This document shows positions 58,380 through 64,000 of a stretch of DNA of 64,000 bases, one piece after another. Each line of letters begins with the position of its first letter. Positions within the stretch are counted from its first letter, which is position 1. The stretch is from contig JAVJQW010000070.1 of the NCBI GenBank assembly GCA_040218735.1, forward strand, positions 96,001 through 160,000, in the 5' to 3' direction. The DNA is from Deltaproteobacteria bacterium (lineage in GTDB: Bacteria > Myxococcota > Kuafuiibacteriia > Kuafuiibacteriales > Kuafuiibacteriaceae). The position numbers were made by a program, and so were the translations under genes. Below the pieces are notes generated by a model, which did no database searches, had not been told where the DNA came from, and worked only from the letters and a program-made list of their open reading frames with translations.

Positions 58380-59749
58380 GAGCTGGAACCGTCTCCGTGC
58401 GCCTGGTCCTTCGGACGGAGCTCGACGACGTTGTCGGCGGCCTCGGCCTTCGGCTCGGGCGGGGCCTCGGCGGCGCGCACGGCTTCCTCGAGATCGAACA
58501 GGCGGACGAGCGCGTCGATCATCGGCTGAGGATCTCCGCTGGCGCCCTCTTCCTTCAGCGCCGTCATCACCGGGTGCAGCATCTTGTTCACGATGGCGTT
58601 GCTCATCGCCTTGATGCTCTGCAGCGTGCGTTTGTCCGCGTTCTTGACGTTGGACGTCGTGCGGTCGACCTCGGCCGCCGCGACGCGCATCGCGTGGGTC
58701 CGCAGCGCCTTGATGATCGGCACGACCTGCTGCGACTTCGACCAGCGCACGTAACCCGCGAGCTCTTCGTCGATCAGCGCCTCCGCCGCCGCCGCCTCGC
58801 GCGCGCGGCTCTCGCGGTTGAGCTCGAGGACCTGCTCGAGATCGTCGACGTCGTAGACGAAGACGTTGTCGAGATCCGCGACGTCCGGATCCACGTCGCG
58901 CGGCACCGCGATGTCGACGAAGAGGATCGGCCGGTAGCGACGCTTGCGCACCACCTTCGCCATCATCTTCTTGTCGACCACGTACCCCGGCGCCGCCGTC
59001 GAGGAGATCACGATGTCCGCCTCGTTCAGGAGGATCGGAAGATCCGAGAGGCTCGACGCGAGCCCGCCGATCTCGTTCGCCAGCCGCTGCGCCGACTCCA
59101 TCGAACGCGACGCCACGCGCACCTGCTGCACGCCGGAGGACATCAGGTGCTTCGACGCCAACCCCGCCATCTTCCCCGCGCCGATCAGGAGAACCTGCTT
59201 GCCCTCGAGCGTGTCGAAGATCTCCTTGCCGAGCTCCACCGCCGCGAAGCTCATCGACACCGCGTTCTCCGCGACACCCGTCTCCGTACGCACGCGCTTC
59301 GCGATGTAGAACGCCTTCGAGAACGCGCGCGTCAGCGCCGCGCCAGCGTGTTTGGTTTCGCTCGCGGAGCGGTACGCCTCCTTCACCTGCCCGAGGATCT
59401 GCGGCTCACCGACGACCATCGAGTCGAGCGACGACGCCACGCGGAACAGGTGGTGCAGCCCACGCTCGCCCTCGTGCACGTACAGGTGCGGATCCAGCTC
59501 CGCCGGCGGGAGGCCGGACAACGCGAGCAGATGCGAGCGCAACGCGCGCGAGAGCGTCTTCGGCTCGGCGCCGCCGGCGACGTAGAACTCGACGCGGTTA
59601 CACGTCGAGACGATGCACGCCTCGTCGACCGTCTCCAGCTCCTGGACCGCTTCGAGCGCCTTCGCGAGATCGCGGGTGTGGTGGGCGAAGCGTTCGCGCA
59701 GCTCGATGGAAGCCGTCCGGTGCGACAGCCCGATGACCGCGAACCTCAC
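58376..59749 (-). CDS. hemA: Glutamyl-tRNA reductase
   Basis: GLSHRTA, STCNRVE, LDSMVVGEPQILGQVK, IGAGKM, DIAVPRD; start GTG 59749 overlapping the ccsA stop. Confidence 0.96.
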   Translation of the reverse strand: MRFAVIGLSHRTASIELRERFAHHTRDLAKALEAVQELETVDEACIVSTCNRVEFYVAGGAEPKTLSRALRSHLLALSGLPPAELDPHLYVHEGERGLHHLFRVASSLDSMVVGEPQILGQVKEAYRSASETKHAGAALTRAFSKAFYIAKRVRTETGVAENAVSMSFAAVELGKEIFDTLEGKQVLLIGAGKMAGLASKHLMSSGVQQVRVASRSMESAQRLANEIGGLASSLSDLPILLNEADIVISSTAAPGYVVDKKMMAKVVRKRRYRPILFVDIAVPRDVDPDVADLDNVFVYDVDDLEQVLELNRESRAREAAAAEALIDEELAGYVRWSKSQQVVPIIKALRTHAMRVAAAEVDRTTSNVKNADKRTLQSIKAMSNAIVNKMLHPVMTALKEEGASGDPQPMIDALVRLFDLEEAVRAAEAPPEPKAEAADNVVELRPKDQAHGDGSSS

Positions 59750-60582
59750 GACACGTAGTCCTGCCCGTGGGCGCCGACGCCCGCCAACCCGAGCCCGACG
59801 AGCGCGACGAGCGTCGCGAGCACGCCGACCAACGTGAGCAACGCCGCCTTGCGCCCGCGCCACCCGATCGTCAGGCGGAAGTGGAGCAGCAACGCGTACA
59901 GGATCGAGACGAGCAGGCTCACCGTGTTGAGGAGCCCCCACGTCCAGTACGTCCCGCTGACTTGCTTGCTGTAGATCGCGCCCGCGACGAGGCCGAGCGC
60001 CATCATCGGGAAGCCGAGCTGCAACAGCCGCGCGCTGACGTTGTCGAGAATCTCGAGCGCCGGGAGCTTGTGCAGCCCCGTGCCGATCTTCTTGATCTTC
60101 TTCCGCTTGGTCTTCAGGCGGCGCTCTTGGATCAGGTAGACGATCGCGACGATCCCCGCGACGGCGAACGACGCCTCCCCGAGGAACGCCAACGCGATGT
60201 GCACCGGGAGCCACGGCGAGCGCAGCCGCTCGGGCCCGGCGCCGCCCGGGTCCATCCCGGCCGCCATGATCGTCAGCACCGCGACCAACACCGCGACGAG
60301 CGCCGCGGCCTGCGGCACACCGGATCGCCAGGCGATGCCGATGCCGATCATCGCCGCGAGGAAACCGAACAGCGACAGGCCGTCCGCGAGCGTCGACAAC
60401 GGGAACGTGCCGATCTCCACCGTGCGCCCGCCGAGCGCGAGCGCGTGCGCGAGCAACGCGATCGACAGCCCGACGATGACCGTGCGGTCGCCGGACAGGC
60501 GTGGCCACCTCAGCTGCACGAGGCCCAGCCCGGCCGCGAGCACGTAGATGACGGCGGCGACCTTGAGCAGCAGGAGTGCCAT
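59746..60582 (-). CDS. ccsA: Cytochrome c assembly family (CcsA/HemX-like) membrane protein
   Basis: About eight TMs; WLPVHI, QERRLK, LPALEILD, GWRGRKAA; upstream of hemA. Confidence 0.82.
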   Translation of the reverse strand: MALLLLKVAAVIYVLAAGLGLVQLRWPRLSGDRTVIVGLSIALLAHALALGGRTVEIGTFPLSTLADGLSLFGFLAAMIGIGIAWRSGVPQAAALVAVLVAVLTIMAAGMDPGGAGPERLRSPWLPVHIALAFLGEASFAVAGIVAIVYLIQERRLKTKRKKIKKIGTGLHKLPALEILDNVSARLLQLGFPMMALGLVAGAIYSKQVSGTYWTWGLLNTVSLLVSILYALLLHFRLTIGWRGRKAALLTLVGVLATLVALVGLGLAGVGAHGQDYVS

Positions 60583-60597
60583 TCGACGTGTACCTTA

Positions 60598-60906
60598 TCA
60601 GGACGCGCGCAGCGTGCCGACGAAGCCGGTCTCGACTTCGAACGCGGCCTCGCCGAACAGGACGGACTCACCCATCAGCTCGCCGCCGAGCTCGACGATG
60701 CGTTCTTCCGTCAGCACCTTGCCGAGCAGCTCGGGCGCGGCGCCTTCCGGGACGACCGAAAGGAACCGAACCGCGGGCGACAGCTCGTAGGCGCGACCGA
60801 GGTTGTTGAGGACGACGACGTTGTCCGCGACGTCGACGTTGCCGGAGTCGACCCAGGCTTCGAGCGTCGAGTGGGCGATGAACATGCGGGGGTGGAGCTC
60901 TGCCAT
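60598..60906 (-). CDS. Hypothetical protein
   Basis: Typical codon usage from ATG 60906; TATACT -10 box 15 nt upstream. Confidence 0.72.
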   Translation of the reverse strand: MAELHPRMFIAHSTLEAWVDSGNVDVADNVVVLNNLGRAYELSPAVRFLSVVPEGAAPELLGKVLTEERIVELGGELMGESVLFGEAAFEVETGFVGTLRAS

Positions 60907-61078
60907 GGGGACCGCGATCGAAGTATAGGGTTCACCTGTTTGGTTCGAAAGTCGAGAAAAGCGTGGTGCGCGTCGCCCCGTCGATCTGCTATGCCAGGGG
61001 CCGAAAGCAGTCCGTCGCGCGGCCGGGAATCGACCGAGCGGCCCCGGGGTTGAGCCCTCGGAAAAGGAAGGTACGACA

Positions 61079-61405
61079 GTGGCTGAAAACGTGGTCGAGT
61101 TCTCCTCCGACAACTTCCAGCAAGAGGTCCTCGAATCGGACGTCCCGGTGCTGGTGGACTTCTGGGCGCCCTGGTGTGCGCCGTGCCGCATGATCGCCCC
61201 CGCCGTCGAGCAGCTCGCCGGTGAGTTCGGCGAGAAGGCGAAGGTCGGCAAGGTCAACATCGACGAGCACCCCTCCGTGGCGCAGACCTACGGCGTCATG
61301 AGCATCCCGACCCTCCTGGTGTTCAAGGGCGGACAGCCGGTCCAGCAGATCGTCGGCGCCGTCGCGAAGGGACAGATCCAGAGCATGGTCGAGAAGGCGA
61401 TGTAG
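61079..61405 (+). CDS. trxA: Thioredoxin
   Basis: VLVDFWAPWCAPC, SIPTL; AAGGAAGG RBS. Confidence 0.96.
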   Translation: MAENVVEFSSDNFQQEVLESDVPVLVDFWAPWCAPCRMIAPAVEQLAGEFGEKAKVGKVNIDEHPSVAQTYGVMSIPTLLVFKGGQPVQQIVGAVAKGQIQSMVEKAM

Positions 61406-61413
61406 GCCACCGT

Positions 61414-61929
61414 TTGGGTGTCCTGCTCCTCTTCTTCGGCGCCATCTGCGCGGGGTTCTTGCTGATCCTCCTCATCGCGATCAGCTCGCCGCGTCCGCCG
61501 CCCGTCGACCTCAAGCGTGAGTCCAACAACTCACCGCTGGTCGACCTCGACGCCGAACAGCTCGGCAAAATCGTCGCCGAGCTCCTCGACAAGATGGGCC
61601 TCGAGATCGACCGCCTGCAGGGCGGCGCGAACGAGGTGATCGAGATCTACGCCGAGAACCCCGAGCCGATCACGGGCGGCAAGCTCCTCGTGCACTGCAT
61701 CACCGCGCCGCGCGACACCGGCAAGCTCGACGCCCCCGCCGTCGGCAAGTTCATCCGCGCCACGCGCAGCGCGTACGTGAGCAAGGGTCTGTTGTTCACG
61801 ACCGGCACCTTCACGCCAGACGGCCGCCTCGAAGCCGAGGACGCCCCCGTCGAGCTCTTCGATCGCGACCGCCTGATGAAGATGATCAACCAGTACTTCG
61901 AAGAAGGCCTGGAGATCGTCGAAGACTGA
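61414..61929 (+). CDS. Membrane-anchored Mrr-like restriction-endonuclease-fold protein (degenerate active site)
   Basis: N-terminal TM; VAELLDKMG..KGLLFTTGTFT..VELFDRDRL matches the Mrr_cat pattern. Confidence 0.75.
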   Translation: MGVLLLFFGAICAGFLLILLIAISSPRPPPVDLKRESNNSPLVDLDAEQLGKIVAELLDKMGLEIDRLQGGANEVIEIYAENPEPITGGKLLVHCITAPRDTGKLDAPAVGKFIRATRSAYVSKGLLFTTGTFTPDGRLEAEDAPVELFDRDRLMKMINQYFEEGLEIVED

Positions 61930-61970
61930 CGGGCCCGCAACACGGGCCGCCCCGAGGCCGATAACCCATC

Positions 61971-62654
61971 GTGCCTCTGCCGCCCGGCCCCCGCATCCGC
62001 CCGCTCGACTGGGGCTTCGAACGACCGAAGCTGGGGACGCCGCGGCGCGTGCAGCAGCTGCACACGCACCAGCTGGTCGAGTCGTCGCCGCCGCCCGTGC
62101 TCTCGCAGCTCGGCCACGACACGGGCTTCGACGAGGTCGCCTGTGCCCCGACGTGCATGGTCATGGCCGGGATCGCGTGGGGCGTCATCCCGCGGACCGC
62201 CTCGGTACGCGCCGCGATCATGGCGGCCGGGCGCTGGGGCTCGACGAGCCGCGCCGGGACCACCGTCGAGGGGCTCGGGAAGATCGCCGAAGGCATGGAC
62301 ATCGACTTCGAGCAGCGCCCCTACGTCACCGCCGCCGGCGTGCGCGAGCTCCTCGACGCGGGCGCGCACGTGATCGTGCGGGGCAACAGCTTCGTGCTGC
62401 CGTGGTCCGATCCCCCCGACGAGCCGGACGACTTCTCGAGCCACGTGGTCCTCGTGACGCGACAAGATGATCAGGGGCGGTTCGTGGTCCACGATCCGTA
62501 CGTCACCGACGGCGAGCCGAGGACGCTGACGGCCGAGGCGCTGGAACACTTCGGCGAGGCCAAGGACAACCGCGACCGCCCCTTCATCATGGGGGTCGCG
62601 AAGATGAGGTCGGGGCTCGAGTGCCGCACGTATCACGACCGCCGCCCGCGCTGA
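61971..62654 (+). CDS. Peptidase C39-like protein
   Basis: ACAPTC (Cys), SHVVLV (His), VHDP (Asp). Confidence 0.75.
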   Translation: MPLPPGPRIRPLDWGFERPKLGTPRRVQQLHTHQLVESSPPPVLSQLGHDTGFDEVACAPTCMVMAGIAWGVIPRTASVRAAIMAAGRWGSTSRAGTTVEGLGKIAEGMDIDFEQRPYVTAAGVRELLDAGAHVIVRGNSFVLPWSDPPDEPDDFSSHVVLVTRQDDQGRFVVHDPYVTDGEPRTLTAEALEHFGEAKDNRDRPFIMGVAKMRSGLECRTYHDRRPR

Positions 62655-62674
62655 GTGCGACCATCGAACCGCGC

Positions 62675-62705
62675 TTGACCTTGACGTAGCGTCAAGCCCG
62701 AGCGT
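62675..62705 (+). promoter_or_regulatory. MerR-type promoter/operator
   Basis: -35 TTGACC followed by the dyad CTTGACG-TAG-CGTCAAG (62680-62696) inside a 19-bp spacer; MerR gene in the same unit. Confidence 0.75.
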
Positions 62706-62726
62706 CGGGAGCCAGGAGGTTCTTCG

Positions 62727-63428
62727 ATGCTCGAAATTCTCGGCGTCCCGTTTTCCGCACACACCCGCAAGGTCCTCGTGGCCCTGCACGAAAAGGCGAT
62801 CGCGTTCCGCCTGGTCCCGGTCGTCCCGCTCATGAGCGAGGGACCGATGGCCCCGCCCCCGGACTGGCGAGAGCTCAGCCCGCTCGCGAAGATCCCGGTG
62901 CTCCGCAGCGGGAAGGTCACCGTCGCCGACTCGTCGGTGATCAACCTGTACCTCGAGCGCCGGTTCCCCGAACGCCCGCTCTACCCGGCCGAGCCTGAAG
63001 CGTACGCGCGTGCGCTCTGGATCGAGGAGTACGTCGACGGCGCGCTGCAACCGCACGTGCTGCACGGCCTCCTCGCGGAGCGTGCGTTCGCGCGGATCGC
63101 GCTCGGCCGGGAGCCCAACGAGGCGCTGATTCGCCGGTCGCTCGAGGCCATCCCGGCTCGGCTCGACTACCTCGAGGCGCAGCTCGGGGGGCGTGGCTTC
63201 TTCGCCGGCGACATGCTTTCGGTCGCGGACATCACCGTCGCGTCCATCCTGATGAACTACCATTACGCGGGATGTTCGATCGATCCGCACAGTCACCCGG
63301 GGCTGCATCGCCACCTCGCGGCGACGCTCGCCGGCGACGGTTTCCAGAAGCACCTTTCGACCGAGCTGCTCGCCGCGCGCGAGGTGCCCACCCTCGACCT
63401 CGGCCTGATCGAGCGCGCCGTGCGGTGA
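62727..63428 (+). CDS. Glutathione S-transferase family protein
   Basis: SPLAKIPVL, DSSVINLYLE, FFAGDMLSVADI; AGGAGG RBS. Confidence 0.93.
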   Translation: MLEILGVPFSAHTRKVLVALHEKAIAFRLVPVVPLMSEGPMAPPPDWRELSPLAKIPVLRSGKVTVADSSVINLYLERRFPERPLYPAEPEAYARALWIEEYVDGALQPHVLHGLLAERAFARIALGREPNEALIRRSLEAIPARLDYLEAQLGGRGFFAGDMLSVADITVASILMNYHYAGCSIDPHSHPGLHRHLAATLAGDGFQKHLSTELLAAREVPTLDLGLIERAVR

Positions 63429-63440
63429 GCGAGGCGGACC

Positions 63441-64000
63441 GTGCTCTCGATCGGTGAGTTTTCGCGCGTGGCGCGCGTGTCGACCCGGTTGCTTCGTCAC
63501 TACGATCAGCTCGGGCTCCTGAAGCCCGCTACGGTCGATGCCGACACGGGCTACCGGTACTACGGCGCGGCGCAGCTCTCGCGGCTGAACCGGATCTTCG
63601 TGCTCAAGGAGCTCGGCTTCGAGCTGGAGGCGATCCCACCGCTCCTCGACGACGAGGTCGATCCGGAGTCGCTGCGGGGCCTGCTCGAAGAGCGACGGAC
63701 GCGCGTCGCCGAGACCATCGATCGAGAGCAGGCGCGACTGCGACACATCGAAGCGCGCATCGCACAGCTCGACGACGCAGGCTCGCTCGTGGACGATGAC
63801 GTCATCGTTCGCAGCGAGCCCGCGCGGACCCTGTTCGCGATCCGCAGGACGGTGCGCTCCTTCGACGAAGCCAAAGTGATACTCGGCCGCGTGATGCGCG
63901 CCGTGACCACGACCGTCTCCAAGCGAAACCTCGGACAGCTCGCCGTGCTCGCACACGCTGAGACGTTCGAGCCCGACGCGCTCGACCTGGAGATCGGGTT
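63441..64000 (+). CDS. MerR-family transcriptional regulator (BmrR-like), runs off the window end
   Basis: Manual translation from GTG 63441: MLSIGEFSRVARVSTRLLRHYDQLGLLKPATVDADTGYRYY..LKELGFELEAI. Confidence 0.93.
   Translation, partial: MLSIGEFSRVARVSTRLLRHYDQLGLLKPATVDADTGYRYYGAAQLSRLNRIFVLKELGFELEAIPPLLDDEVDPESLRGLLEERRTRVAETIDREQARLRHIEARIAQLDDAGSLVDDDVIVRSEPARTLFAIRRTVRSFDEAKVILGRVMRAVTTTVSKRNLGQLAVLAHAETFEPDALDLEIG

Noticed and set aside
61414-61929. Active type IV restriction or antiphage system
   Set aside because: Catalytic residues appear absent and there are no defence-island neighbours

Overview
High-GC chromosomal window from a myxobacterium-like organism (Myxococcota). This is inferred from a MYXO-CTERM tail, TIGR04563-type small proteins, Cys-rich lipoproteins, Ser/Thr kinases and a Haliangium-type microcompartment locus. 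Housekeeping blocks are asnS, sdhCAB, a topoisomerase IV-like pair in A-then-B order, smc-ftsY-zapA-6S RNA-5-formyl-THF cyclo-ligase, exbB-exbD-tonB, ccsA-hemA-hemC-hemD and trxA. Between them lie secreted Cys-rich/Ig-domain lipoproteins, an ECF sigma/FecR locus and a MerR-regulated GST unit. Five observations stand out. (1) An H. ochraceum-type BMC operon with no signature enzyme carries a translationally coupled EF-hand lipoprotein gene, a CxxC-bearing BMC-T and a BMC-H with an altered pore loop. (2) An ~83-bp structured element bounded by CTAG occurs three times, always between convergent genes and supplying TAG stop codons. (3) Two tandem TPR-(wHTH)-Roadblock fusion genes lack a partner GTPase, and one has an internal RBS/start. 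(4) The SMC hinge carries a ~150-residue insertion. (5) A self-complementary hexamer repeat array lies between convergent genes. No CRISPR array, tRNA, rRNA or transposase was seen. All assignments are by eye from motifs; no database searches were run.
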